64,000 nt of DNA from Chiloscyllium plagiosum. Taxonomy: Eukaryota. The stretch spans positions 18,745,159 to 18,809,158 of the forward strand of contig NC_057719.1 of NCBI RefSeq assembly GCF_004010195.1, read 5' to 3'. The position numbers and the translations under genes were made by a program. This document shows positions 22,665-36,500 of the stretch, piece by piece; positions within the stretch are counted from its first letter, which is position 1; each line of letters opens with the position of its first letter. The notes under the pieces are model-generated. The model searched no databases, had not been told where the DNA came from, and was given only the letters and a program-made list of their open reading frames with translations.

Positions 22665-24300
22665 GACAGAACTGACACATGTTGGAAAACTGGGAAATAG
22701 TATTGCAATTCTCCAATGGTTCTGGATGGTGCAGAAGAGGGGCATTCTGTTCCCTGAGGACTAGCAGACCAGGACCAGACCCTGGCAGCCTTGTCCAAGG
22801 TGACCACCCGAGTGCTCTCCAAAAGATGGGAGAATGACGAGTAGTGCTGAAACTCAATGACCTTTTGGACAATTTTTTCTGCTTCCTTACACTCACTCTA
22901 CCTCTGCTACTGCACCCACCTCCCACCTAGGCTTATGCTTTGCCACTCTCACTGTTGCCCACAAAATCTTCCCTCACCTACTCTCATGCATGGTCTTTGA
23001 GCTTCCTTCTCACTTGTTCTGAAGATCTCACTGCCTTTTTCCCAACTCTATTGGAATTAAAAGCTGTGCTACCCACTTTAACTCAATCAATACCTTTGTG
23101 GAGGAGGTCCAGCCATAACAAGATAGACTGAGCTTGGATGGCGAAGGTGTTGGTGGATATTAGGCTACTCACCGACCCTGGAAGGAGAGAAACCTGATCT
23201 ACATAGATTACTGCAATTAATCCTACTGAGATGCTGAGACATCCACATCCCACCAACAGAGTGCGTAAAACTGATAGATTCCACCATAAGTCTAACTGAT
23301 CGAACATCACTGGCCCATATCTTTCTTATGTCTGGCTGGTACTGTCACATATTGATCACCCCACAGTGAAACGTCTGTCTCCCCCAGAAGCCACTTCCAT
23401 GACCTCTGAACATCACAGCACTCTGGCCTCTGAAGGATCAGTTGCACCCCTCACCAGCTTCAATTCAGACATCTTGGGGCAGTGTTAGGCTGAGAAGGAG
23501 CACATTCTGGTGAGCATCTCAATGCAACAGCGTCGCTGTTAGACAAGGAAGAAATGGACCAGAGTGCTGGCACTCAGAGTCCTTCCAGAGACCAGGTACC
23601 TGCTCGGCCCCAGACGGGAGCACACCCTGTAATATTGGCAATCAGAGACTTTGTCCGCATTCACAGGGAAGCACAGAAGAAGCAGATAGGTTTGTGGGCT
23701 GCAATGGCCCTCATTAACCAGAAGCGGCAGATGTGCAGTTAGTCATGTGGTTGTCTGACTGTCTCCATGACAGATTGGCAGCTCCATCAAGTGCTAGACC
23801 CGGTACGTTCAGGTTGTGCTGCAGAGGCGCGCAAATCTGTACTCCATCGCCATGACAGCTGGTCTTCAGGCTTAAAAACCTGGTGACCATAGGGCAGGAA
23901 GCCTAGCAAGTATTCCAGGTGCCTCCTTTCCCATAGGGAGACAGGGCAGTGCCAGGAGGCACCCAAACAGAGTAAGAACCACACACATCCCCCTCAGAAG
24001 TCTCCTCTCAGAACACTACAGAGGTATTCTGGCTCTCCATCTCCAAATTGCTTACCCTACCCTCCTATTCCAACACTTGGAAGATCATGACAGGGAGGTT
24101 GAATGTGCATCTGACAAGAAGACCATTGACATATCATCCAGATACAAGAACCCTCAATGTCTCCCAATCAAAGATCCAGGGCCAACGGGCTCTTCTGCCA
24201 GGCAGGATCCTGTGGGGAGATCACAACAGGCAATGCAATGAGATGTAGTGGGAGAGAAAAAGAGGAAAAAATATTGAGGGCACTTTGGTGGCAGTTCATG
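22665..24300 (+). mobile_element. Degraded PIF/Harbinger DNA transposon relic (Myb/SANT-like accessory ORF)
   Basis: Frameshifted pieces LDG..ILFPED, DQTLAALSKVTTRV, C.(K)LNDL (22720-22865) and SHNKID..DIRLLT (23105-23175) resemble the trihelix Myb/SANT protein of vertebrate Harbingers. Boundaries uncertain. Confidence 0.5.
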
Positions 24301-24369
24301 GCAATGCATTGGATGTTAATTTGAGCTTTTTTTTGTCTTTGCTTTCACCTTACACCCAGTGATTTACTT

Positions 24370-24396
<27 letters not shown>
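24370..24396 (+). repeat. (TC)n microsatellite
   Basis: About 13 TC units. Confidence 0.9.
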
Positions 24397-24400
<4 letters not shown>

Positions 24401-25221
24401 TTCTCTGTGTCGCCCGAAATGTCATTGTGGCAGCATGAGGCATAACTTCATTGCCACAGATGATGTTCCATGGATAAAGGCCTGTGCTGAGAGCCTGCTG
24501 AAATATCTGGAACCAGGAGGAATCAGACGTGTAGATGCCGATGGTTGCTGTTGACAACGTTTGCCCCCTATGTAAAACATCCCTTTCCTTTTGCTGTGTT
24601 TGTGTCCAAAAGTGCTCGTGTGAATGTGTTGATGAGCCATGTCTGGGGCAGGAAGGTGGAACCCAATTGGGGTAGGGGAACATTATGGGGATCCCCACGG
24701 GTGAGAGACCTGTCCAGTGCATGGGGGTCCATTAACAATGTTCTTTCTCTTTAAAATCTCTAACATTGGTGGCTCCTGCATCTCCCTCCCTCACAGGTTG
24801 AGTCAGTTACACTGCTCACTCTCAGTTTGGTTGCAGTTGCCATTCTCTTTCCCAGTGTGATGGAGGGCAAAGTGAGCGTCCCCCAGCCAACAGGATTCAG
24901 CCTCAGCCTAGACAAATCAGTAAACCTCCTAGCATCCAAGTCTCATTTGTGGTAGCACTTCCTGTCAACTTCAAAGGCTTCGCACCTCCCCAGATCTTCA
25001 CCCAAATGATCCGCATGATCCTGCACCTACCCACATTTTCCATCCAGCTCCTGGCATATGAGGTGACTATGCCAAGTATGATGGTATGTTAACCTAGATG
25101 CACTGAAAAATACCATTGGTCTTGAAAAAAGATTACAAGTGCATATAATGAGTGTGAATTAAAAGAACTATACAAGTTCCTGAAGAACGTAAGATAGTCA
25201 AGGGATGCTTTACCAAGCTCA

Positions 25222-25345
25222 AGTTAAGAATCACACAACACCAAGTTATGGTCCACCAGGTTTATTGGAAGCAATAGCATTCAGAGCACTGCTCCTTTAG
25301 CAGGATTGTCCACCCCAGTCTAACATCGGTTCCTCCACATCATGG
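25222..25345 (+). mobile_element. Degraded/deleted family B mini-insertion
   Basis: Starts like 14793 (AGTTAAGAATCACACAACACC) and ends like 15008 (CACCCCAGTCTAACATCGGTTCCTCCACATCAT). TSD TTACCAAGCTCA/TTACCAAGATCA at 25210-25221 and 25346-25357. Confidence 0.7.
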
Positions 25346-26119
25346 TTACCAAGATCAGAAATAGCTCTGAGCAGTTCAGGTTCAGTGGACCCACAAATCC
25401 TCCTTTTTGTATACTTGAATGAACCTGGTCAGATGTGTTATGACACACCTCTGGTACAAGTGGATCTTGAACCTAGGTTTCCTAACTCAAAGATAGGGAT
25501 AGTATCACAGTGCCACAAAAGTCCTTATACTCCTCTTTGTGCTGAGTCTACAGGCCTGTATAATCACCAATGGTTAAAAAAAGACGACTGATGAATCTTA
25601 ACAAGATGAGGCACTTGTTCAACATATCGAGAGGCAGGTTATTGCATGATACTAATCAGTACAGGTTACATTGACCAGTTAGACATAATTACTTAAGACT
25701 ATCAGGAGCCGGAAATGACATGTCTGACCCAAAGACTCTGTGATATCATCAGATTGGGTGGAGTTTTTTTTGTTAACTCTTTCAGAATCATTATCCGATA
25801 CAACATTCCGAAAGTATAAAGACATTTGCTTCACTTTAAGTTTAAACAGAACGCTATTTAATTCAAGGAAAATATTGGTAAAGTAATGCTTTGCCTTGTA
25901 AACATAATGTCTCTTGTAAATATGCTATAATAGTTAATGAATGTTTTCATGCTAGCATGTCTAATTTGATCACAATTAATATGATCAATTCCATTCAGTT
26001 ATAGGTTCAATCGATTTTCAGTAGGATACATAGCTAAATCCACCCGTCCTAACTCTTGATAGTCTGATGATTTAAACTGAGAAAACGAGCAGGGAAATGT
26101 TCCCCAAATAGTTCAGTTA

Positions 26120-27278
26120 CAGAGTCATAGAGTCATAGGAATGTACAGCATGGAAACAGACCCTTCGGTCCAACCCGTCCATGCCGACCAGATACCCCAA
26201 CCCAATCTAGTCCCACCTGCCAGCACCCGGTCCATATCCCTCCAAACCCTTCCTATTCATATACCCATCCAGATGCTTTTTAAATGTTGCAATTGTACCG
26301 GCCTCCACCACATCCTCTGGCAGCTCATTCCATACACGTACCACTCTCTGCATGAAAAGGTTGCCCCTTAGGTCTCTTTTATATCTTTCCCCTCTCATCC
26401 TAAACCTATGCCCTCTAGTTCTGGACTCCCCCATCCCAGGGAAAAGACGTTGTTTATTTATCTTATCCATGCCCCTCATGATTTTATAAACTTCTATAAA
26501 GTCACCCCTCAGCCTCTGACACTCCAGGGACAACAGCTCCATCTTACTCCAGCTCTCCCTATAGCTCAAATCCTCCAACCCTGGCAACATCCTTGTAAAT
26601 CTTTTCTGAACCCTTTCAAGTTTCACAACATCTTTCAGAATGGAAGGAGACTAGAATTGCATGCAATATTCCAACAGTGGCCTAACCAATGTCCAGTACA
26701 GCTGCAATATGACCTCCCAACTCCTGTACTCAATACTCTGACCAATAAAGGAAAGCATACCAAACGCTTTCTTCACTATCCTATCTACCTGTCACTCCAC
26801 TTTCAAGGATCTATGAACCTGCACTCCAAGGTCTCTTTGTTCAGCAACACTCCCTTGGACCTTACTATTAAGTGTATAAATCCTGCTAAGATTTGCTTTC
26901 CCAAAATGCAGCACCTCGCACTTATGTGAATTAAACTCCATCTGCCACTTCTCAGCCTATTTGCCCATTTAATCAAGATCCCGTTGTAATCTGAGGTAAC
27001 CTTCTTGGCTGTCCACTAACACCTCCAATTTTGGTGTCATCAGCAAACTTACTAACTGTACTTCTTATGCTCACATCCAAATCATTTGCATAAATGATGA
27101 AAAGTAGTGGACCCAACATCAATCCTTGTGGCACTCCACTGGTCACAGGCCTCTAGTCTGAAAAACAACCCTCCACCAACACCCTCTGTCTTCTACCTTT
27201 GTGCAAATTATGTATACAAATGGTGAATTCTCCCTGTATTCCATGCGATCTAACTTGCTCATCAGTCTCCCATGGGGG
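26120..27278 (-). mobile_element. HER1-like CR1 LINE, 5'-truncated, includes RT FADD region
   Basis: ORF 26207-26626; minus strand AAGTTTGCTGATGACACC = KFADDT at ~27035-27052. Confidence 0.95.
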
Positions 27279-27559
27279 GAAATAAAGCATTGAGAAGGTG
27301 AGCCAATTACACAAGGAAAGTCTCTAATCTCCCCTGCTGATCTCAGCTAAACTGCTATTAGATGGGCAGCAACCATATGAAAAGCATTCCTTCTTTTGAG
27401 TGCACTCCCATTGCCATAGCTGGAACTTCTATGTGGATGTCAAGAAAACAGGTTTAACTTAGTTTTGACATTCGCCATGCTGACTTCTCTTTCAAGTTGC
27501 ACATGATACGAAAGGTTTCTATGCAGATTGTTGAGATAGCGCATGCAAAAAGAATGGAA

Positions 27560-27800
27560 CACTCACATTTCTAGAATGTTTTCACAACCTCAGAAGCTCC
27601 TAAATCTCTGAAGAGGTAATGAAGGGCTATTGCAATGCATTGTAGGAAATTTGACAACAATTTGCACCCAGTAAGGTCCCACAAACAGGAATAAGATCAT
27701 GATCAAATAATCTATTTTGGTGGCATTAACTGATGTTTAAATACTGGCCAGAATAAAAGGGGTAAAAGTCTTGCACTTTCTGAAAATAAGGCCGAGGGAA
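27560..27800 (-). mobile_element. Deu-domain SINE fragment, old
   Basis: Antisense similarity to 15600-15755 and to the Deu core (TTTGCACCCAGTAAGGTCCCACAAACAG). Confidence 0.55.
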
Positions 27801-30768
27801 TTGTTTTTTGATGTAAGAGAGAGAGCAGGGGTTGGAATAGGATGCCCTCCCCATGATGATTTTGTGGTGGTGGGATATTTAATCAAATAGCAAGGAGGCA
27901 GATACGGAAACTACCACCTTCCCACTTCTGGCTGATTAAGTTCATGACAGCTTTCCTATCCTGATGCCAGTTGACACCTATACATGAATAATTATACCCA
28001 AGTAAGGGCCTTGTCCCACCACTGCTGGTTTCAGGTAGCAGTGTGGGTAAGGGACAGGCCATATGGAGTGTACCTCATGCAAAGATACTCAGTACCTGAA
28101 TTACCTGGTATCAGGAAGAAGATGAGGGCTGTGAGCCCTATTCCCATCCACGGCCCTCCTCCTGTCATCATCTTCCCTGTACCTGAATCCATCAGTAATC
28201 CTGGATCTTGAGTGGGTCTATTACGAGAGTAGATATGGCTTTCCCCGTGGCACTGCTGATCAATGGGTTGACAGCATCTGATTGGCCAACAGATCTTGGC
28301 AGGATGCCACGTGCACTCTCTCCACCCACTGTTAAAGTCTTGGTTAATATTTAATTTGATGAGCTTCCTTGAAAAGAGGCAATTTAGAGCTGTCAATGCC
28401 TCTCTAGCCGACACGCGACACCCACATTGTCTCCACTAAACATCACGTGAGGTCTCGCTTTTGCATCTTATTCTGAAGACAACATCTCTGGCTGTATAGC
28501 CTTCCCTTCGTAGAGCACTGAGATTATCAGCCCAGATGGTGTTCAAATCACTGAAGGGAATCCTAATCAATCCTGTGACCTCCTCATTCATAAAGAGTGT
28601 AGCCTCTGAATCAGTTCCAGCTTTGGAACTGACACTTGAAAGCAAGGAGGAAAAACATGAGAGTAGGCAGAGATGGAAAGCAGCAAATTAATGATGAGAC
28701 TGATTCCTGGAATGAGTAGAGGTTGAGTTGTCCATCGCTAGGTTTCCTCAGGTTTAGAGGGGTGAGAGTTGATCACCTTGAAACATAAAATTCTTGAGGA
28801 GCTTAGCTGTAGGATCCTCACTTGGACAGCATTGAGTGGACACCACCTGATTCTAGTGCACCTCCTTTCTTCCCATCTTTCTGCTGATTATTTGTAATTT
28901 TTTTTGAAAATGAAAAACCTAAGAAGAGGTGTGCGGACACATTTTAATATTATTTAGCCCCTTTAAATCTCTCATTGTATATGAATAAAATCTCACCACA
29001 CTGCCTACACTATCCCACTACTCTAATTAGTGGGATAACTGCCATACAGATGGGGTACAGGTGGGACAAAGAGATTACCTTTTAAAGTATTGTGTACAAT
29101 CTAGTATGTGTATGTAAAACAAGATGTACTGACAAAGTCTAAACATGCAGTTCCTTAATTCACAGACAGCAATGTTTAATGAGAAACTAGGATCATCTTT
29201 CGTGTAAGTGATTTGTCGTAGGGATCTTACTTGAAAATTCTTATCAATCTTAAATTGTAAACATTTTGTCATCAAAGTTTAGATAGTTGTTAAAAAGCAA
29301 TGCCAGTTTTTTTTTTGTATTTGACCTACTTACATAATATTCATAGTGAAACCTTCCTATAAAAATGACAAGGTATCATTAAAAATAGTTACAGATAAAT
29401 AACTGACTTCAGAAAGCTTTATCAGAAGCAAGTGATTCAAAAGTATTGAGAGTGATTAGATCCCAAAAACATCAAGATAGCAAACTGTCAAAATGACTTG
29501 TACCACTATTTTTACATTCTGTTTGCTCTGGGGAATGTTATTATAATCATAGATGATCCAATTTGGGAATGGTTACAAATTAATTCTTATAATGAATGGC
29601 TGAAAGAAATGAATAGAGTTTTATTGAACAGTGCCAAATGTACATGAATGAGTCAGTAAAGAGGAGGAAGCCGTTAACAGTTGACCTTGGACTTTAATGA
29701 GCTCACTGTGCTCCTGGGTGCAGTAACCTGCTCAATCATACTCAACTTTCTCCATTCAAGCCATCAGGACGGGAAGCTACAATTGCCTATGTGGGTCAAA
29801 GGTAACAAAGTATTGCAGATGTCAAGAATAGAGTGGTTTCATTCACAATGCTCCTTCACATTTGACCCAGAGAGATCAAAACAGCTTGGCATTGAGGTAC
29901 TGTGACTCGGGTAAATCACAGGACTGGGACAGAGTTCCACTACTTCGAACAGTTGAAAGCAGCCAGGTGTGATCAGCACTTAGTGCAATTGTTCAGTTAC
30001 TGTAATCATTTGCAGAATTACTGACTTTTTTTCACTCACCCTGCTTAAAACAGTTGGATTGCATGATCAATCTCCCATGACAAATCAATTAGTGCAATCA
30101 ATTTTAGACCAATTAAATGGCAAGAGTGCAGAACCAAAATTTATCTTCATGATACTTGTCTATAATAAAAAATGTTAAATGCTAGATTTCAGTAATGTTA
30201 AACTGTGCATTTGATTTAAGGAAACTGCCTATTTGACCACATCATATTAGAAACTGGTAATATTATTTGCTGTCTGGAACTACATTTAATAGCCAGAAAA
30301 ATTAACATGATAGAAACTGAAGCAAGGAAAGTAGTTGAACTGCGGTTATTGAAGCTATCCCTCACAGTACATAATAATGGTGGAAATCATGGAATATACT
30401 TGTCAAAATGCCACACTAATTCTCTTTCCTGCTCCATTCTAGGGCCAGGCAACAAATGTTGGTCTAGCCAGTGATGGCCACATCCCATAAAGAACAAAGT
30501 TAAGCCTCCTATCACCTCAAAAAATTGTATGATCATTTTCAAAATTCCATCGGGGCCTGAGAGCTCTTAAATGAGCTTCTGGATGTGAATTGTTTTGAAA
30601 AGGGTTGGAAACATTTGCATTAAAAAGATGGAGGGTGAACTTGAAATAGTATATAAATAAATGTGAAAGATTGTGAGAGAACAAACTATTCAAGCTGGTA
30701 ATATTAAAAGAAAACCAAAAACAGGGTTTTGAATCAGAGCCCTTTAGTGTAGCAGTTCACAAAGATAT

Positions 30769-31072
30769 GGGCAGCATGGTGGCTCAGCGGTTAGTACTGC
30801 TGCCTTACAGGACCTGGGTTTGATCCCAGTCTTGGGAGACTCACTGGAAATTTACATGTCTTTCCCGTGTCTGCATGGACTTGCTCTGGTTTCCTCCCAC
30901 AATTTCAGGATACGCAGGTCAGGTAAATTAGCTATGCTAAATTGCCTGTAGTGTTAGGTACATTAGTCAGGGGCAATGATAGAGAATAGGTCAGGGTGGA
31001 TTATTCTTCGGAGGGTCAGTATGGACTTGTTGAGCCGAAGGGCCTGTTTTCATACTGTAGGGAATCTAACCT
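30769..31072 (+). mobile_element. HE1 SINE
   Basis: GGGCAGCATGGTGGCTCAGCGG head through GGCCTGTTTTCATACTGTAGGGAATCTAA tail. Confidence 0.9.
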
Positions 31073-31539
31073 ACTGTCAGTGATTCTTGTCTTATATAGC
31101 GAGCAAATCTTATTTGTAACAACTTGTTATGTGGCAAAAAAGTTGTTGTTATCAGTGCAGCCAGATCAGTGATACCAAACATGACAAGTGACTCTGCTGT
31201 AATTTATAGATTCATTTTGGATAGTCCCAGAAGTTGCCTTCTATTACAAATAGGTTTTATGATGATCTAGCTCTTGATTCTGCCAAAAGTATACCAACTA
31301 AATTCTGAGCATGTTGTCTTGATCTATCCCTCATGACCTTCAATATTACTGGACTGGCTGCATCCATCTGTAGCCCACTGCAATTATTTAGGAAACGATT
31401 CCAAACAGAAATTTTTAATGACCAAGTCAGAAACTCAGTTGATAACCAACATCAACATTCACTGTAGGCTTTACATCCCAGACTTGATTGCATCTAGTGA
31501 TAACTTAGCTAGATTTTCTTCAGACTTCAGTTAATAAAA

Positions 31540-32460
31540 ATGCACATGACATGAATGCAACAGAATTAGGAAAATCAATCCCAAGAATTCGGACAAGCAT
31601 CTCAATAGATTTCAAAGAGCCATACTGTACCAGCAAAGCGTGGGATTGCACACCCATTTGTACTGTGGTCCTTGGACCTGTCACAATGAACCCTATGGGC
31701 CATGCCACTCACTTCAATGGACATACATTGCTTCATTAAGATGTGTTACATGTAAAAAACAAATAAAACCAATGCCCATATTTGTTCAGCTCTGGCAACT
31801 GATGATGAAAGAAGGGCGATGGAGATAGTACCATACATTGTGAGACTTGGACAATTTATACCAGGCAGGCAAAAAAGGCGAAAGGTTTTCATGAAGAGTC
31901 ATTTTGGACTTGAAACTATAACTCGGTTTCACTCTTCACAGGCCAACTGCCTTTTGCCAGCTCTTTCCATGGCTTTCATTACAGATAGCCAATGTCTATA
32001 TAATTCTGCTTTTGTTGAACAGCTTCCATCTTTGCTGTCTCAGATCTATTTTGGCAGCTCTTGCCAAGACAAAGTCACCATCTCAGGGGTTCTGGATTGT
32101 GCGAATTCCATCAGTCTTACATCCAAAGACCTTCTGTAGAGTCACATAGCCACTGGTCATGACCTTGTAGGCATCCATAACTGCCACAAGGATACCTGTC
32201 AGCAAAACATGAAGATGCCGAACATTGACAATGGGAGACAGTCACTGACTGCCATGATCTCTGAAGGCTGACTGCTTGAAGGGGCATCGGAAGAGATGAG
32301 CAGAAATGGAAAGATCAACTGGCCAATAAGTGCACCCAGAGAACGCAGCAACCAGTGAATAATGCACACGCTCAGACCATCATCTTGTTCTGTAGAGAAT
32401 ATATTCGCAACCCCAATGTCACAGTAATAATCAACACGAAAGCACAAGCCATTATCTTCC
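31540..32460 (-). mobile_element. Possible ancient non-LTR retrotransposon RT relic
   Basis: Minus strand ...TTTGCTGAC (FAD-like) at ~32200-32210, with weak upstream and downstream LINE-like motifs; very degraded. Confidence 0.3.
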
Positions 32461-32561
32461 AAGATGTAAGGATACCATGATAATTGTATAGAAGATAGTA
32501 TTAGTCATATGACTTTGTTAATCTACGTATGCATTCGATGTTTTAAAGCCAAACATGTTTC

Positions 32562-33226
32562 GCAGGTAGATAGGATAGTGAAGAAGATGTTTGGTATGCT
32601 TTCCTTTGTTGGTCAGAGTATTGAGTACAAGAGTTGAGAAGTCATGTTGCGTCTGTACAGGACGTTGGTTAGGCCACTGTTGGAATATTGCATGCAATTC
32701 TGGGATCCTTCCTATCGGAAAGATGTTGTGAAACTTGAAAGGGTTCAGAAAAGATTTACAAGGATGTTGCCAGGGTTGGAGGATCTGAACTACAGGGAGA
32801 GGCTGAACAGGCTGGGGCTGTTTTCGCTGGAGCGTCGGAGGCTGAGGGGTGACCTTATAGAGGTTTACAAAATTATGAGGGGCATGGATAGGATAAATAG
32901 GCAAAGTCTTTCCCTGGGGTTGGGGAGTCCAGAACTAGAGGGCATAGGTTTAGGGTGAGAGGGGAAAGATATAAAAGAGACCTAAGGGACAACGTTTTCA
33001 CGCAGAGGGTGGTATGTGTATGGAATGAGCTGCCAGAGGATGTGGTGGAGGCTGGTACAATTACAACATTTAAGGGGCATTTGGATAGGTATATGAATAG
33101 GAAGGGTTTGGAGGGATATGGGCCGGGTGCTGGCAGGTGGGACTAGATTGGGTTGGGATATCTGGTTGGCATGGACGGGTTGGACCGAAGGGTATGTTAC
33201 CATGCTGTACATCTCTATGACTCTAT
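32562..33226 (+). mobile_element. Young HER1-like CR1 LINE 3' end
   Basis: ORFs 32644 and 32955 are separated by one frameshift; CTCTATGACTCTATG tail. Confidence 0.95.
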
Positions 33227-33519
33227 GTTAAAAGTATACAAATATGAAACTGCCTCCAATAGTTATTCCAGACTGTGCTATTTGTAAATCATGATATTGT
33301 AATGTTTACTCCCTGTCTGTTTGACATTTGCCAGGCATTGTGTAATGCAATGTCATAGTCCTGAATTTCATTGAACACTGTTATGATAATCTCAGGCTGA
33401 TAACACATAGCACATCATGATAGTCCAATGTTATTCAAGGATCATAGAGGGATTTTGAGTTATAGTGGTAACATTCTTATTTCTGGGCCAGAAGGCGTTT
33501 ATTTGTCCTATCTGCTCTA

Positions 33520-36500
33520 TAGAGCATAGTACTGTGCAGCACAGGAACAGGTCCTTCAGCGCACAATGTTATGTCAAACATGACACCAAATGAAATTAAT
33601 CCCTTCTGCCTGCCCTTGGTCCATATCCCTCCATTTCTTTCATATTCATGTGCTTATCTAAAAGCCCTAAAATGCCCTTATTGTATCTGCCTCAACCACC
33701 AACCCCTTGGCAGTGTGTTCCAGACTTCTGCCACTCTGCGTAAAACCTTTGCCCCTCATGTCTCCTTTCAACTTTCCCCTCTCACCCTAAATGTATGCAT
33801 CCTAGTATTATACATTTCAACTCTGGGAAAAAGATTCAGACTGTCAACCCTATCTATGCACCTCATAACTTTTTAGCCTATTAAGTCTCCCCTCTGCCTC
33901 CACTGCTCCAGTGAAAACAATATGAGTTATTCTAGCTTCTCCTTATAGCTCATATCCTCTAATCCAGACAGCATCCTGGTAAACCTCTTCTGCACTCTCT
34001 CCAAAGCCTCCACATCCTTCCTATAATGTGGCAACCAGAATTGACCACAATACTCTCCATGGCCTAACCAAAATCTCAAAAAGCTGCAATATAACAATTT
34101 GACTCTTGTACTCAATTCTCTTGCCAATAAAGTCGAGCATGCCATATGCCTTTTTCACTACCATATTTACTTGCTTGGCCACTTTCAGGGAGCTATGGAT
34201 TTGAATCCTAAGATCAATACTGTTCAGGATCCTTCCATTAACTGTATACTATTCCTTAACATTTGATGTCCCAAACTGCAGCACCTCACACTTATCCAGA
34301 TTAAACTGCATCTACCATTTCACCACCCATATCTACAACTGCTCTATTAGGTCATGCTTTTCCAAATGTGCATAAATCCCATCCTGAAGAATTCTCTCCA
34401 ATAGCTTCCCAACCACCATCAGTCTATAGTTTCCTGGATTATCCCTATTTCCATTCTTGAACAAAGGAACAACACTTTTTACTAGCTAGTCCTCTGGGAC
34501 CTCTCCAGGGGCTACTGAGGATACAAAGATCTTGCAGTCTCCATCAATCTCCTCTCTTGTCTCCTTCAATAACCCGGGGTAGATACCATCAGGCCCTAGG
34601 GACTTATCCATCTTAATGCTCTTCAAGAGACCCAACACCATTCCTTTCTTGATTTCAAAATGTCCTAGCATAGTAGCATGCTCCACACAAATCTCACTAT
34701 CCTCCATATCCTTCTCCTGGGTCAATTCCAATGCAAAGTACTCATTTAGAATCTCACCCACATCCTCTGCCTCCTTGCACAAGTTCCCTTCTTTATCCTT
34801 GAGTGATTCTAATGTCTCCCTAATTATCCTCTTGTTTTTAATGTTTGTATAGAATGCCTTGGGATTCTCTTTAACCCTACTTGCTAAGGTAATTCCACGT
34901 CCCCTTCTGGTTGTCCTAATTCCCTGCTTGAGTACTTTCCTATTGTCCTTGTATTCCTTATGAGCCATGTCCAATTTTAACTTCCTAAACCTTACATATG
35001 CTTCTTTTTTTCCTTTTAATTAAATAATTTCTCATTACCCAAGAGTCCCTTACCTTGCCATCCTTATCCATCCTCCTTATTGGAACATGCCAGTCTTGAA
35101 CTCTCATCAGCATGTCAAATGTGGATTTGCTTGGTAATAGCCCCTCCCAATTAACACTCCCTAGCTCCTGCCCAGTACTGATGTAATTTGCATTCCCCAG
35201 TTTAGTACCTTCCTACAAGATCCTGACTTATCCTTGCTCATTAAAAAGTCAATCACCTGGCTAGACTCATTAGCCAATACAAGGTCCAATATGGCTCCTC
35301 ATCTAGCTGGACTGTCTGGAAACCCTCTTGGTTGCACTTAACAAATTCTGCACTCTCTAAGCCTCTTGCTCTAAGGGAGTCCCAGTCAATTTTGGGGAAG
35401 TTAAAGTCATCCACCATCACAACTCTGTTTTTATTGCATCTTTCCATAATCTACCTTCATACTTGTTCCTCAGTTGACTGTTCAGGGGCCTATAGTATAA
35501 TCCCATCAACATGATTTCACCCATCTTATTTTTGTGTTCTACCCATATTGCCTCAGTGGAAAGCCCTTCACATAGCCTGCCTGAGTGCAGATGTAACATT
35601 CCCCTGATTAGTAAAGCAACTCCTCCATCTCTTTTACCTTCCTCTCAATCTCGTCTAAAACAATGAAACCCTGGAACGCTGAGAGCAGCCAGTCCTGTCT
35701 CTCTCGCAACCAAATCTCTGTTATGGGCAGAACATTATAGTCGCATGTACTGATCTAACCTCATCTGCCTTGTCCATAATATTCCTTGCATTGAAATAAA
35801 CACACTTCAGCCCATTAGCCTGTCTCTGCCTGCCCTTCCTTTCCAATTGACTGGTCCTAACGTCTATCTTCCCCTCATTCGCTCCACTTGCTGACCTGCT
35901 GCTCTGGCTTCCAACCTTCTACCACTCCAGTTTAAAACTTCCCGAGTAGCACTAGCGAACCTCCCTGCGAGGATATTAGCTCCCCTCCAGTTTAGGTGCA
36001 ACCTGTCCCGCTTGTACAGGTCACCCCTGCCCCAGAAGAGGTTCCAATGATCCAAGAACCTGGAAATCTGCTCCCTGTACCAGCTCCTTAGCCATGCATT
36101 CACCTGCCCTATTCTTTCTATTCTTTGTCTCACCAGCAGGTGGCACTGGTAGTAACCCAGAGATGACTACCTTTGAGGTCCTGCTTTTCAACCTCTTCTC
36201 TAACTCCCTGTACTCCTTCCGCAGGACCACATTCCTCTTTCTACGTCTTTGGTATCAATGTGCACCATGACCTCTGGCTGCTCTCCCTCCCACATGAGAA
36301 TTCGATGCACACCGCTCAGAGACATCCTTTATCCTGGCACCAGGGAGGCAACATACACCCTGGAGTCTCAAACGCAGCCATAGAAATATTTGTCTGTGCC
36401 TCTAACTAGCGAGTCTCTGACCATTATCGCTCGCTTGGATCTTGTCCAACCCTGGTCCACAGCAGAGTCAGTTATGGTAGCACAGGCTTGGCTGCTGCTG

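Noticed and set aside
27790..28420. GC-moderate segments resembling old non-autonomous DNA transposons (also ~1980-2360 and ~54270-54880)
   Set aside because: Could not define TIRs or TSDs by eye; left unannotated.
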